Notes: generated by a model from the letters alone, not told the origin. DNA of 64,000 nt from Camelus ferus (GCF_009834535.1 NC_045711.1:11966001-12030000), one strand, 5' to 3'; positions 40,655 to 59,242 are shown, counted from the first letter of the stretch. Numbers and translations: made by a program.

Positions 40655-42628
40655 ATGCCAGCCTCATCTCCTTCCTCGCTAGCCCCCAAAGGGCCCCCGG
40701 GAGACATGGGGTGCCCGGTCCGAGAGCCGGCAGTCTCAGTTGCCCTCTGGTTGAGTTGGGGGGCGGCTCTGGGGGCTGTGGCTTGTGCCATGGTTCTGCT
40801 GACCCAACAAACAGAGCTACAAACCCTAAGGAGAGAGGTGACCCGGCTGCAGAGGACCGGAGGGCCTTCCGAGGAGAGGGAAGGGTATCCATGGCTGAGC
40901 CTCCGGGAGCAGGTGAGTGAGGGGAGAATGGCGTCTGGGAGAGAAGTATGGGTGCCAGGGCGGTCTCCAGGCCTCTTGGTTCCAGCTGCCTGGTTTGCAG
41001 AGTTTTGAATGGGTGCAAGAGAGGGTCCCGGGTTTAGAGGTCAAGGGAGCAACCATTCCAGGAAAGGAAATTGTTAAAGATTAATGCTTCTCGTACCTAA
41101 CAGATCCTGGAGGAGAGCCAGCACCAAGACTCAGGTTGCTGGGAAAAGGTGCAGGAGAGATGTGAGGCATTTCTGGGGCAGAGGGAGGGCTGGGATAAAG
41201 GCTGTCTGTGACCCTTGCATTTGAGCCTAACCCTGACCCTCTTTCCACAAGCAGAGCCCTGATGGCCTGGAAGCCCGGGAGAATGGGGAGAGATCCCGGA
41301 GAAGGAGAGCAGTGCTCACCCGTAAACAGAAGAGTGAGGCCTCCGGGGTGCAGCAGGGGTGGGAGGTGATCAAGCAGCCTGGGATGTGGAGACCCCGACC
41401 CTGAGTCAGGGTGAGGGTGGAGGGCTGACAACAGGGCAATGGGGGTAGGTGGGCACTGCTAAGATTTCTTCCTTCTCTCCTCAGAGAGGCACTCAGTTCT
41501 GCATCTTGTTCCCATTAACATCACCTCCAAGGGTAAGCATTATTTTAAATCATGGCTTTTGGGGGAGGAGCAAGATCCAGGAATTGTGGGGCCGGCACCT
41601 GGGCCCGAGGGAATCTTAGAGGTGAAAGTGTCCCAGAAACCCTCATCCCACACTCCTCACCTCCAGAGGACTCTGATGTGACAAAGGTGATGTGGCAGCC
41701 AGCTCTCACGCGTGGGAGAGGCCTGGAGGCCCAAGGATATGTTGTTCGAGTCTGGGATGCTGGAGTTTATCTGCTGTACAGCCAGGTAACCCCAAACACC
41801 CCTGAGCCTCACCTGAGGGCCTGGAGGCCTGTTTTCCCAAAGCCTTATGTCCCCGGACTGAGGGTTTCCAACCACTACTCATACCAGACTTAGAGGGCTC
41901 CTTCATTCCTTGGCTCCTAGAACTGAGCCAGGCCATCCGTTTTCTTCAGCATCTCCTCCCTTCCCTTCCAGGTCCTGTTTCACGATGTGACTTTCACCAT
42001 GGGTCAGGTGGTATCTCGGGAGGGCCAGGGAAGGCAGGAGACTCTATTCCGATGTATACGAAGTATGCCCTCCAACCCCGACTGGGCCTACAATAGCTGC
42101 TACAGCGCAGGTGAGAGATGTGTGCACAGTGGACTGTGGATGTGAGGAGAACAGGAGAGCTCTGGCCTGGGGGCAGTGCCTGGGGAGCTGTACCGGGGGT
42201 TGGAAGGCTGGGTGTAGAGGCAGATCTGAGGAATGAAGGACAGAATACCTTTTTCCTTACAGGAAGCATCACAAAGGCTAAGCTGAGGGGGGAGGGTATA
42301 GCTCAGTGGTAGAGTGCATGCTTAGCATGCACAAAATCCTGAGTTCAATCCCCAGTACCTCCGTTAAATAAATAAATAAATGAGCCTGATTACCTCCCCA
42401 CCCCACCAAAAAAAAAAAAAAAAAAAAAAAAAAAGCTGAGCTGGAGATGGGAGGGTGAAACATCAGAGTATCTGCAAGGCTGTGCTTCACTGAGCTTACA
42501 TATTCTCTCCTTTCTCAGGTGTCTTCCATTTACACCAAGGAGATATTCTGAGTGTTGTAATCCCTCGGGCAAGGGCGAAACTTAGCCTTTCTCCACATGG
42601 AACCTTCCTAGGGGTTGTGAAACTGTGA
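40655..42628 (+). CDS. TNFSF13: APRIL, TNF superfamily member 13 (250 aa)
   Basis: Exons 40655-40912, 41255-41333, 41485-41532, 41667-41785, 41972-42110, 42519-42628 total 753 nt. MPASSP...ALWLSWGAALGAVACAM, furin site RSRRRR-AVL, ends GTFLGVVKL*. Confidence 0.97.
42288..42432 (+). mobile_element. Camelid-type tRNA-derived SINE in TNFSF13 intron 5 (sense orientation)
   Basis: Full head, AATA repeats and a long poly(A); target-site duplication aagctgag at 42280-42287 and 42433-42440. Confidence 0.9.
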
Positions 42629-43415
42629 TTGTGTTGCAAAAGATGGTTCTGAGCTTGGAAGACCAGGGTGGGTACGTTTTATAGACAGCCAAGAGCTGAT
42701 TGACAAAGGACAGGGAATACGCAGGAACAGAGGCCTCTTTTGGGTTTGACAGGAATCCAGGCTTTGACAGCTCATGACTCTCCCTCCCTTTTCTCTTTCC
42801 ACCTCCACCTTCACCCCCAGGACTTTGAATTCATAGATATTAAAGAGATTTTAAAAACCTTGCTTTTATTCTCCATCCAGCCCCAAATTCTTGAGGGAGT
42901 TGGGGGGTGGTGATGCCAGGCATTGTCTAGACTAGCTGGGTCCCACTGGAATGCTTCCAGAACAGCACCACCATCTAGCGGCAGTTTGAGACAATCATCC
43001 TGCGTGTTGGCAGAAGTCCAGGAAGCCTCCCTCCACTCAGGAAAACTCCTGGTTCCCTATGCCAAACCTCTCTCCAGGTACCCTCTACCTCTTCACCCCA
43101 CAAGAAGCCTCATCCTCATTTCCCTCTCTCCATCAACTGTGCTCCAGTTTCCATCACTAACTCCAGCGGTGCAACTATTATGTGCCCGTCTGCAGAGGGT
43201 GCCCGACAACGACGGTCCCCTCGGATCCACATTATTACTCTTCGGGTCTCAGCGTTGCCTTTCCTGCTCTCCATTGCCCTGGCGTGGCAGGCCACTCTAA
43301 ACCTGTCTGTGCTGGGACCGGTCGCCGAGGAGCCTTGGATGAATCGTACGCCCTGGTGCTGGTCCTGTCTCTCTGAATTCTCCTTTCTGTGCAAAACCTG
43401 CCTAAAGATAAAAAA

Positions 43416-43435
43416 AATAAAGGAGAATAAATAAA
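43416..43435 (+). terminator. TNFSF13 polyadenylation signals
   Basis: Three AATAAA hexamers at 43416, 43426 and 43430, just before the SENP3 CpG island. Confidence 0.7.
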
Positions 43436-43499
43436 GCTCGGATCCATTTCTCCCACTGCTTTGCCTCAGCCCCTCAGCCCGTACTGGGACTTCCCCGCC

Positions 43500-44077
43500 C
43501 TCCCGGCCCTCATCTGACGCGCCTCACTGGAGCAATGTGTTGCTGGCAGCGAGTGGAAGGCAGGGCTACGCAGCGCGGGGGCGGGGCGCAGGAGAGCGGC
43601 ACGAGGCACGCAGCCGCAAAAGAGCGAGTGGCGGGGCCGCCCCGCGCGGCTCCGGTCGAGAGGGTGTGCGCAGGCGCAGCCTTGCGTCAGTCTCGTGGGC
43701 GGGACGGTCCTTTGGCGTCTACGTTCTCGGGTAGGCGGGAATAGGCGCGTGGTGGCCGCGCCGGCGCTGTTCGCCGGGTGTGACGTACTAATTGTGCGCC
43801 GCCACCGCCGGTGGGCCTGGGGCTCGCGGGAGGGGAAGGAGGAGGAGGAGGGGGAGGTGGTGGAGGTGGAAGCTGAAGCAGAGCAAGCGGCAGCCGCGGC
43901 GGGGCGGCTCGGCGGCGCGGCGCGCGGCCCAGAGGCGTTGGAATCCTGAATTGAGACGGCTGCGCCTGAAGACAGCAGGAGTGGCGGGGCCGCTGCCGTC
44001 GCCGGAGAGATGAGCCGGGAAGCCTGAGGCCAGAGACGCCCGCCCTCGGGCCTGTCCGCCCGGCTTCCCCGCTCCCG
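43500..44077 (+). promoter_or_regulatory. SENP3 CpG-island promoter and non-coding exon 1
   Basis: CpG-dense with GC boxes and tgacgt half-sites; splice donor ccg|gtgagg at 44077/44078. Confidence 0.75.
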
Positions 44078-44899
44078 GTGAGGACGCCCCCCCCCCCAGC
44101 TCTGCCGCAGCCTCTCCCATTCCTGGATCTCAGTCCCACCCAACCGGGGCCCACGAGGCCCTCGAAGGGGCTTCTTAAAGCCCTTGCACGCCGAGCCGCC
44201 CGAACCTATAGGACCATACCGGTGTTGGGACGCATTCTGGTCCCCGGGGACGGAGCAGGCGAGGGGGCTGGGCCAGCCTGGCTCGGCTCAGTTCTGTCCC
44301 AGCGCCTTGATTCGGCTGCCTAAGTGCCAGTTCAGTTCTCTTGTAGTTTCCTTTAAAATCCTTCCCTTTTCGTTAGATTCTAGTACCTGAGCCATAGCCC
44401 TGGTATCCCCATTCCCTCTTGAGACGACCTGAGCATGCTCACACCCCTCCATTCATTCCAGGGTCATAGAGAACTCTTCCCACTTTAGACCACGGTTTCC
44501 CTGTGGAAGTCAAGTATCTCTCTACCGTGTCAGGATTCCCGTACTGAGCCATCTCCTTTATTAGTCTCTCAACTAGGACATCCTGGTGATATTAAAATAG
44601 AGAAGTAGAGCCTGAAAATACTGGATTTGACCTAGGGGTCTGAGAAATAAGAGCCCAGAGGCCTGTTACTTAACCATTCTCACTTGCTTCTATCCAGGCA
44701 GGAGAGATGGTGGCACAGACAGTAGAAGGCATCTTGTGGACTGTGTTAACTGGGAAGATCTGTAGTTAGGAGTTTTTTGGGTTTTCCTCAGTTTATTTGC
44801 ATCTGACTGCAGAAGAGGCATGCTGAGGAAGAGCAGGATCTGGGGTATTGGATGTTTGAATTCTGACACTCTGACCTTNNNNNNNNNNNNNNNNNNNNN

Positions 44900-47800
44900 N
44901 NNNNNNNNNNNNNNNNNNNNNNNNNNNNNNNNNNNNNNNNNNNNNNNNNNNNNNNNNNNNNNNNNNNNNNNNNNNNNNNNNNNNNNNNNNNNNNNNNNNN
45001 NNNNNNNNNNNNNNNNNNCCGACTCAAATCAGGTGGAGGGTTTGGGCCAGATCCTGGGTCAGGGACCACAATGCCAGCCAGACGCCTCCCTGTCCCTCGG
45101 CCTTCTTTTGATGCCTCAGCTAGTGAAGAGGAGGAAGAAGAAGAGGAGGACGAAGATGAAGATGAGGAAGAGGAAGTGGCAGCTTGGAGGCTGCCCCCCA
45201 GATGGGGTCAGCTGGGAACCCCCCAGCGGCCTCGCCCTCCCCGTCCTACTCATCGGAAAACCTGTTCACAGCGCCGTCNNNNNNNNNNNNNNNNNNNNNN
45301 NNNNNNNNNNNNNNNNNNNNNNNNNNNNNNNNNNNNNNNNNNNNNNNNNNNNNNNNNNNNNNNNNNNNNNNNNNNNNNNNNNNNNNNNNNNNNNNNNNNN
45401 NNNNNNNNNNNNNNNNNNNNNNNNNNCCCACAGGTGCCCTCTCCCTGCTGTCGTTTTGACTCCCCCCGGGGACCACCTCCACCCCGGCTGGGTCTGCTAG
45501 GTGCTCTCATGGCTGAGGATGGGGTGAGAGGGTCTCCACCAGTGCCCTCTGGGCCCCCCATGGAGGAAGATGGATTAAGGTGGACTCCAAAGTCTCCTTT
45601 GGACCCTGACTCGGGTAAGATGGAAATGGGGCAGAGGAGGGGTTGGGGAGGGCTAGATCCTGGGGGGACCAGGAACCTCTTGCTGTGGAGAACTAGATCT
45701 AAGGAAAGTAGGATGGCAGAGTGAGGGGGTCCAGAACAGCTGTGAAAGGTTTTAAGTCCCACTTTGAGCAGGAGCTAAGTCTGGGGAGAGAGTCAAGGCT
45801 GGGATACAGAATCCCTAAGTAGCTGTCATGTGTGTAGATGAGAAAGGGAGTCATGGTTTAGAAAAGTCAGACAATCTTGTCCACTTGAAATCCCTCTTCA
45901 CCTGGCCTCTCAGGATAAGGGCCTCTGTAGGTACATCTCCAGAGGGTGCCATTCTTACAGTGGTGGGATGGGGTCTGAGTAGTGTGTGTGACACTCTGAC
46001 TCAGAATATTTCTTTTTCGGATAATCCCAACAAAACAACTTCAGGCTCTCTATGTCTTTAAATAATTATTTGACTATTTATCAAGCCTTTGCTGTATGCA
46101 AGGACTATGCTAGGTACTAGTGGTGACAGATATCTCTGAAATTTATTTCTCTCTGAATCCTAGTCTTTTCTTGCTTTCCNNNNNNNNNNNNNNNNNNNNN
46201 NNNNNNNNNNNNNNNNNNNNNNNNNNNNNNNNNNNNNNNNNNNNNNNNNNNNNNNNNNNNNNNNNNNNNNNNNNNNNNNNNNNNNNNNNNNNNNNNNNNN
46301 NNNNNNNNNNNNNNNNNNNNNNNNNNAGTTCACGTTTGTGTCACATTTTGATAATTCTTGCAGTATTTCAAAGGCTACAACTCACTGACGGCTCAGATGA
46401 TGGTTAGCATTTTTAGCAATAAAGCCTTTTTAAATTAGTATATACACGTTGATTTTTTTAGACATAATGCTTATTGCACTTAATAGACTACAGTATAGTA
46501 TAAACGTAAGGTTTTTTTGCACTGGAAAATTGAAAAGCTTGTGATTTGATTTATTACAATAGTCACTTTATTGTAATGGTCTGGAAACAAATCCACAATA
46601 TCTCTGAGGTATGCCTGTAGTGACTCTTCCTCTCTGTCCTTTATAACCTCTTGGGCATGCTCATCTTATGCTTTAGGGTATCCATTCCTTAGAGATTATA
46701 TCAGTAGATTTTTGTTTTAATTCATCCTTCTTGTGGTCTTATAATTTGTGTTCATCATTTAACCTTCCCATTGTCCTTTGATCTGAGACAGTTTCTTGCT
46801 TTCATCCTGTTTCCCCTGCCCTACAGGCCTTCTCTCTTGTACTCTGCCCAATGGCTTTGGGGGACCACCTGGGCCAGAAGGGGAGCGGAGTCTGGCACCC
46901 CCTGATGCCAGCATCCTCATCAGCAATGTGTGCAGCATCGGGGACCATGTGGCCCAGGAGCTTTTTCAGGGCTCAGATTTGGGCACTACAGAGGAAGCAG
47001 AGCGGCCTGGGGAGAAAGCTGGCCAGCACAGCCCCCTGCGGGAGGAGCATGTCACCTGTGTGCAGAGTAAGGAACCCTAGAGGATCTAGTCTCTTTCCTT
47101 CAGCCAACTCCTAGATCAGAGTCTGGAGGCCTTACCCCACTCTTCTCTCCCTCCTCTACTCAGGCATCTTGGATGAATTCCTTCAAACTTACGGCAGCCT
47201 TATCCCCCTTAGCACTGATGAGGTAGTAGAGAAATTGGAGGACATTTTCCAGCAGGAGTTCTCTACACCTTCCAGGTAAGGCATAAGAGAGATGATCATT
47301 AGAAGAGGGCTGGGACCTGGGAGATGGGGCGAGAACGCTGCTGCCTTTTCTCCCATAGGGATGTAGTTGGGGAGAAGGAGAAAGCTAGAACTGAAGGGGA
47401 GGACTCTCCAGACAAGGTGTAAGCCCCTGTAAGCCAACTGGGAGGGTCATTACTGGGACCCTGAAATACTACGTGTACCTGAGTATTCATGTGCGTCTTA
47501 CTGGGGAGTTGGGCTTTAGTAGGTTCTCAGAAGGACACACGACACCTCCCCAAACCTGAAAAAAAAAAAAAAGGTTAGTTTAGGTTCTTATTCTGGGCAG
47601 TAGAAGGTACTTCTGTGTGCCTTAGCCCCCTCGTCTCTTGTGTGACTCCACCCTTGGCCTACCCAGGAAGGGCCTGGTGCTGCAGCTGATCCAGTCATAC
47701 CAGCGGATGCCAGGCAATGCCATGGTGAGGGGCTTCCGAGTCACCTATAAGCGGCATGTGCTGACCATGGACGACTTGGGGACCTTATATGGACAGAACT

Positions 47801-50800
47801 GGCTCAATGACCAGGTAAGGAGGTGTGGAGAAACAGACCCAAGAGGGGATTCAGGGAGCAGGGTGTGTAGGGCCCTCTGCATGGGAGAGCCCTGTACCCA
47901 TGCCCCAACCTCCATGGCAAGTTGCCTTCTGTCTTCTCCCCAGGTGATGAACATGTATGGAGACCTGGTCATGGACACAGTCCCTGAAAAGGTAGGCCTA
48001 ACCAGATGCTTCAGTCCGTGGAAGAATTTCTGCAGTTCTAAGCAGCTTAATCAGTCCCTTTCATCTCTTCCATTTTATATAAAGAGGGTTTTTGTTTCTG
48101 GGGAGAGGTGGTAGAAGGTAATTTGTTAAATTCAAATCTGTAATCTTGGTCCTAAATTTATCAGTTCTGTTCCTTTCCTCTAGTCTTCGGTGTTTTTCTC
48201 CTATGGCTAACCCGACAAATTGGGGTGGGAAGCTATAAGATAAGATCAAAAACAATTTTGTGTTTTTACCCTCAGTGAGTTGAAAACAACTGGAGTTTGT
48301 TGAAAGCAGTTCTTAGGGTCATAATGAAGTGGAGTGGGCTGGGGAGAGGACATTTAGCAGGAGGGCCTGTGGTCTTTTAATTCTATCCAGCTCTTTTGTG
48401 TCATTGGCACAGGTACATTTCTTCAACAGTTTCTTCTATGATAAACTCCGTACCAAGGGTTATGATGGGGTGAAAAGGTGGACCAAAAACGTGAGTTATG
48501 AATTTACATCTACTTGTGTATCACTTTCCCTCTAAAGAATTAGAGTTTTGTTTCCTGTGAGCCCTTTCCCCAACCCTGTTCACTCAGTCTCTCAAATATT
48601 TAGTAATTGTCTTCTGTGTGCCAGGTGCTATTCTGGGTACTAAGGATACAGTATTAAATAAGGAAAATTTCTTGCCTTTATGGGGTGAGAATAAATAAGC
48701 AAGTTAAATTTCTGTTACTGATAAGTGGTGTGAACAAATTAAAACAGTAATGTAGTAGCCTGGGAAGCAGGGACTTTACATTGGGTGGTCTGGGAAGGCC
48801 TCTCTTACTGAGATTTGAATGATGAGAAGCCAACCATGTGCAGATCTGGTGCAAGAGTATACTCAGTAGAGGGAACAGCAAGTCTGTGGGACACAGAGCG
48901 AGAAAGAACATTTGAGGAACAGAGGGCCCATGTGAGTGCCTATGTGGTTGGAGCAGAGTGAGCAAAGGGAAAATGATACAGAGTTTTTGTCAGAGAGCAG
49001 ATCTTGTGAGGCGTGGAGGGTAGGCTGAGGAGAGTGGGTCTTAGTCTGTGTTTTGAGAAGCCATTGAAGAGTTTTAAGCAGACTGTGTTAAACTCCTGTT
49101 CAGTGATAGGTTGAAAGGGGGCAGGAGTGGAAGCAGGCAGATTGACCAGCATAGCACCGAAGTCCAGGTGAGAAACATGGACCAGAGTGGTAAAGGTAGA
49201 AATAGAAGTAGTTTAATCTCGGATAAATTTTGCAAGTAGAACCAACAGGACTTTCTGACAGACTGGACATGAGAAATGAAGAAACGACAGGAATCAAGGA
49301 TGATGCTTAGATTTTTGGCCTAAGTTACTGGGGAAAATAATTAGTGGGGAGCAGGTTTGGTGAGGGGAAAAAAGAGTTCTTTTCCCCTCTAATTAGTTTA
49401 CCTGTCCTCCCATTCAAAGGCCAGGAAATTACAGTGAGGTAGGACGGTTGGCTCCAGCTTTTCTTAATTCCTGTCCCCAGGTTCAAGAGTTTAACTTTAC
49501 ACCCTCAGGGACCTGGCAGGCCTTCTTCTCCTGGTAGAGGTGGGGGTGACATGCAGTGGAAAGAACTGGGCCTTTATATGCCTTTGTTTAAATCCAACCT
49601 CTGCCATTTCTTCCACGACCTTGGGCAAGTCACTTTACTTTTCCAAGCCAGTTTCCTCATGGTTGACGTGTGAATTTCCTCACAGGATTGTTGTGAGCAT
49701 TAACTGATTGAGCATTTTCTAGGTGCCTCACATTGTTCTTAGTGTATCATAGGTATTAACTAGTTTAATCTTCGTAACAAACAGGTGAGGGTGGGTACTG
49801 TTATTTTCATCCTTTCACAGAAAAGGGAACTGAGGCACAGAGAGTTCTTAAATAATTTGCCTGTGGTCATAAGCTATTAAATGGAGGAGCTGGGTTTGAA
49901 CCCTGAGAGTCTGGCTCCAGGATCCTGAGCCTGGGTTCTTAGCTACTAAGCACTTGCTTGTTCTGGCACTACCTCCTCTTTCCTGTCTTCCTCCCTTATC
50001 CTAGGAATCCAGACATCCAGATGTTGAGCCTTGTCTCACAGTCTAGTGACTGAGCCTTGAGTTCTCCCAGTTGGCTCCTTGCCTGCTCCTCCATTCCTCT
50101 TTAGAACCCTCCTGGCAACAGGCAGGATTTTTGTGCCGTCTTACCTGACCTCCAGCACTGTCTTCTTAGGTGGACATCTTCAATAAGGAGCTACTGCTAA
50201 TCCCTATCCACCTGGAGGTCCACTGGTCCCTCATCTCTGTTGATGTGAGGCGGCGCACCATCACCTATTTTGACTCGCAGCGCACCCTAAACCGCCGCTG
50301 CCCTAAGGTTTGAAAGGGAAGAGCAGAATGTGGCGGGGAGATCCAGTGGCAAGGCATTTCAGGCAGAAGGGTGGGTTTGGGGTCTTAGAGAAGCAGCCTG
50401 GGCTTGGTGCCTTGACCACCACACCCTGGGTTCAGTAGGGCATCACTTCCTCCTTGTCTCCACCTGCACAGCATATTGCCAAGTATCTACAGGCAGAGGC
50501 AGTGAAGAAAGACCGGCTGGATTTCCACCAGGGCTGGAAAGGTTACTTCAAAATGGTAAGTTTCAAGAGGAGGGTTATGGAGTGAGGGGTGGGGGACAGG
50601 AAGTGATAGGAGGCAGAAGTTGAAGTCATACCCTAAGTTCTCCAGATGAAGGGCCTACCTACCTTCTTTTCATTCTCTAGAATGTGGCAAGGCAGAATAA
50701 TGACAGTGACTGTGGCGCCTTTGTGTTGCAGGTAAGCAGGTATCAGTTGGGTTAGAAGGTTGGGAGGGAGGCAGGAAGCTGGTCTGCATCCCTCACGGCC

Positions 50801-51291
50801 ACTAGTGGAACAGGAGTAATGTTATGTGTTAATGCAGAAACCCTGATTTCATTGGTCCTCTCTTGGCTTCCCCATACTACTTTGGGACTGGGTCTGTGGT
50901 CCCTGGTCTCTGGCCCTGATTTAGCTGCCTCCTGATCCCCAGTGCGAAGTTTTCTCTGTTAACACTAGCTATTGCATGTACTAAATAGGAATTTTGGCTC
51001 TAGAGTCAGGTCCTTTTTTTTTGAGCCCCAATCTATGGGACTTTGGCTTCCTGTTTGTGAAATGAGAATATTCTTGGAAAGATTCAGGGAAATGTATATC
51101 ATATGAAATGTGTAGCACGGGTCCTGACTTGGGGGGATGCTCGGTAGGTGGNNNNNNNNNNNNNNNNNNNNNNNNNNNNNNNNNNNNNNNNNNNNNNNNN
51201 NNNNNNNNNNNNNNNNNNNNNNNNNNNNNNNNNNNNNNNNNNNNNNNNNNNNNNNNNNNNNNNNNNNNNNNNNNNNNNNNNNNNNNNNNNN
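44900..51291 (+). CDS. SENP3: SUMO-specific protease 3 (start and last exon hidden in N runs; both ends inferred)
   Basis: Visible exons: (N)45019-45614, 46827-47066, 47164-47275, 47667-47814, 47944-47991, 48413-48490, 50170-50307, 50472-50555, 50681-50731. Acidic tract and C48 protease motifs ([29 protein letters not shown]). Start near 44900 and the last exon inside 51152-51307 are inferred from my recollection of the human protein. Confidence 0.93.
46327..46619 (+). mobile_element. Tigger1-like DNA transposon 3' end
   Basis: ctcactgacggctcagatgatggttagcatttttagcaataaag...caatatctctgaggtatgcctg followed by TA. Confidence 0.8.
48580..49370 (+). mobile_element. L2 LINE fragment in a SENP3 intron
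   Basis: tgtgtgccaggtgctattctggg, gaaggcctctcttactgagatttgaatga, aggaatcaaggatgatgcttagatttttggcc. Confidence 0.7.
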
Positions 51292-51712
51292 NNNNNNNNN
51301 NNNNNNNCTCAAGCCCATTAATTAATGGGCAGGGGGACATGGGAGACCCTTCCTTCCCAAGAAACTCCAGTTCCTTTCCTCTCTTGCCTCTTCCCACCCA
51401 ATTCCCTTTGGTTTTTCATATTTAAATGTTTTAATTGATTTTTTTTTTCCTTTGAGAGAATACTTGTTATTTCTGATGTTCAGGGGGTGGCCATGGAAAA
51501 TCCCCGTTTTCCCTCTGTCTGCAGGGGAGTATGGCCTTGTGGCCTGGGTGGGGCAGTCATCTCCCTTCCGTGTGTAGGGCCGGGGGGCGGGCAGGAAAAT
51601 CTGTGCTGGGGGTGGTGGGCGGGCAAAGGGATTACTGCCTGCCATATCTTCAAACTTTTTTTTTATATATATATATCTATATATATATAAATGCCACGGT
51701 CCTGCTCTCGTC

Positions 51713-51718
51713 AATAAA
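51713..51718 (+). terminator. SENP3 polyadenylation signal
   Basis: AATAAA after an AT-rich 3'UTR tract. Confidence 0.8.
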
Positions 51719-52269
51719 GGATCCTTTGGAGATACATAGTGGTGGTCTTCCTTAAGGGGCCTCAAGTGGATATCTCAGGCTTTCCTCCAGCCAGTGCTGT
51801 TAGCTACCCTTTTATGGGTCGAGACTTCAGGGACCAGCTTTCCATCGTGGCTCAGACAGTGCCAACACCATATCCTCAACCAAAAGTATCCACCAGTCTT
51901 GGGAGTCGGGGCTGGAAGGCGGGAAAGTCGGTAAGCCTCAAACATAAGAGAATTTGAGCGGTGCTAAAGTTGGGGAAACAGGACACTTAAGGAACAGGCC
52001 AGGATTCATGATCTTAAGCCTGGAAGTCAGTTATTCCATTCCTCCGCCCTCCAACCAGAGGAACCCTCCCAGCTGCTAGGGTACGGCTCCCGATTCCACA
52101 TCCCTGTACACTTGGAACACATCGGGGTTGGCGTCCGATTTATCTTTACTGCCACAGAGAATAAAGTGGGTTCAGGGGAGACCTGGAGCAGAGGTGGAGG
52201 GAAGTGGTAGTCTCGGGAGCCCGGAAATCCTTGTAGGCTGAAGCCTCGCCCCCCCTTGCGTGATAGGGC

Positions 52270-52616
52270 CTGCTCGGCCACGTGACTAGGGCACTCTCGC
52301 CTCCGCACGTGTAGGGGTGCAGGGCCCCAAGATGGCTGCCAAGCCGCGAGGCCTGACTCCTATATGTCACTTCCGTACCGGCGAGAAAGGCGGGCCCTTT
52401 AGCCAATGAGGCAGCGGGGCTGGTCCTCATCTTGACAGGCGTTCAAGTTACCCAATGGTGGCTGCGTGCCAGAGCGCCTACGAACTCACGTCACGCCGAG
52501 TCTCTGAGCGGCGGCGGGCGGGGCCGAGGCGGCCAAGCCAATGCGATGGCTGGGGCGGGGTCGGGCGCTCTATAAGTTGTCGATAGGCGGGCACTCCGCC
52601 CTAGTTTCTAAGGATC
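52270..52616 (+). promoter_or_regulatory. EIF4A1 promoter
   Basis: TATAAG at 52571-52576; CCAAT boxes near 52403 and 52539; GC boxes; CACGTG E-boxes near 52279 and 52306; YY1-like aagatggc near 52329; ETS-like cacttccg near 52368. Confidence 0.8.
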
Positions 52617-58131
<5,515 letters not shown>

Positions 58132-58617
58132 AAGGGGCCACTCTGCTACCTAGCCCCAGCTAGGGATCNNNNNNNNNNNNNNNNNNNNNNNNNNNNNNNN
58201 NNNNNNNNNNNNNNNNNNNNNNNNNNNNNNNNNNNNNNNNNNNNNNNNNNNNNNNNNNNNNNNNNNNNNNNNNNNNNNNNNNNNNNNNNNNNNNNNNNNN
58301 NNNNNNNNNNNNNNNNNNNNNNNNNNNNNNNNNNNNNNNNNNNNNNNNNNNNNNNNNNNNNNNNCAGAAACACTAATCCATTTCCCTAACCTAGTCAACC
58401 TCCAAGCCCCAGAGGCTCTCTCCACCTCCAGCTGAATTCCTTTGAAAATGTTATAGAGGGACTACAATGACACTCCACCTCATTTTGCTGGACCAAATCT
58501 GGAGGGAGAACCCCTGAATTAGGTAACCCAGGGGATTACCCCCCAGGTGGGGGGAGCAGGGGGGAGAAAATGGTAGCCATTTTTACATTGTTTTGTATAG
58601 TATTTATTGATTCAGGA

Positions 58618-58635
58618 AATAAAATTCTGAATAAA
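58618..58635 (+). terminator. EIF4A1 distal polyadenylation signals
   Basis: Tandem AATAAA at 58618 and 58630. A proximal signal may lie within the N run 58169-58364. Confidence 0.7.
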
Positions 58636-58840
58636 ATGACTTGGAAACTGCCTGCTTTGGCTTCTCATTTCTTCCCTCTTCCCTCCCACCCGCTACTGGG
58701 TATAGCTCTGCTTTTAGCTAGTATTTACCCTTTCTTGGGCTTTTCTTCCTTGAGGGGAAAATGGTCATGTTAACTGGATAATGTGACCTTTCTGTAAGAG
58801 GTTGGGCAAGAACTGTCATAAGTACCTCACATGTCTCAGC

Positions 58841-59242
58841 AAAGAGGAAGTGGACAGGAAAGGGGGTGGAAATAAAAATTGTACATCCTACTGAGCTTGT
58901 TCTCTGAGGGAGGGGCTGCAGAGCCAGCAACCACTTGTCACAACTACTGAGCATGATTTGCGGAGGTAGACAAGAATCCCCAGGGGTCAACTACCCCGGA
59001 ACTCATATGACACTGAGAGCTGACAGCTCCCACTTGATACCAGGGCCAATCATCTAATTTAATGACTAAGCTTGGTGGTTGGGGCTGAGGTGCCTGAATC
59101 AGGCTGGGTGTGGGGTAATCTTAGTTACAGGAAGTCAAAGATTCCTCTTTCCAAACGAAGGCAGAGGGAACAGGGTTCCCTGACCGAGCAGGCAGCTGGT
59201 ACTGACACACAAACCTAGTTGGACTCTGGAGGCTGTTCTGAC
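58841..59242 (+). promoter_or_regulatory. CD68 myeloid promoter
   Basis: Consensus PU.1 site AAAGAGGAAGTG at 58841-58852, a further caggaagt near 59128 and a purine/pyrimidine element ttcctctttcc near 59142. Confidence 0.65.

Noticed and set aside
5905-42432. tRNA-like sequences (A and B boxes) at eight sites
   Set aside because: They are SINE heads with A-rich tails, several with visible target-site duplications, not tRNA genes.
43466-44154. Several 110-225-aa ORFs in the SENP3 promoter
   Set aside because: Low-complexity translations of a CpG island with no coding signature. The same applies to 53003-53866 in EIF4A1 intron 1.
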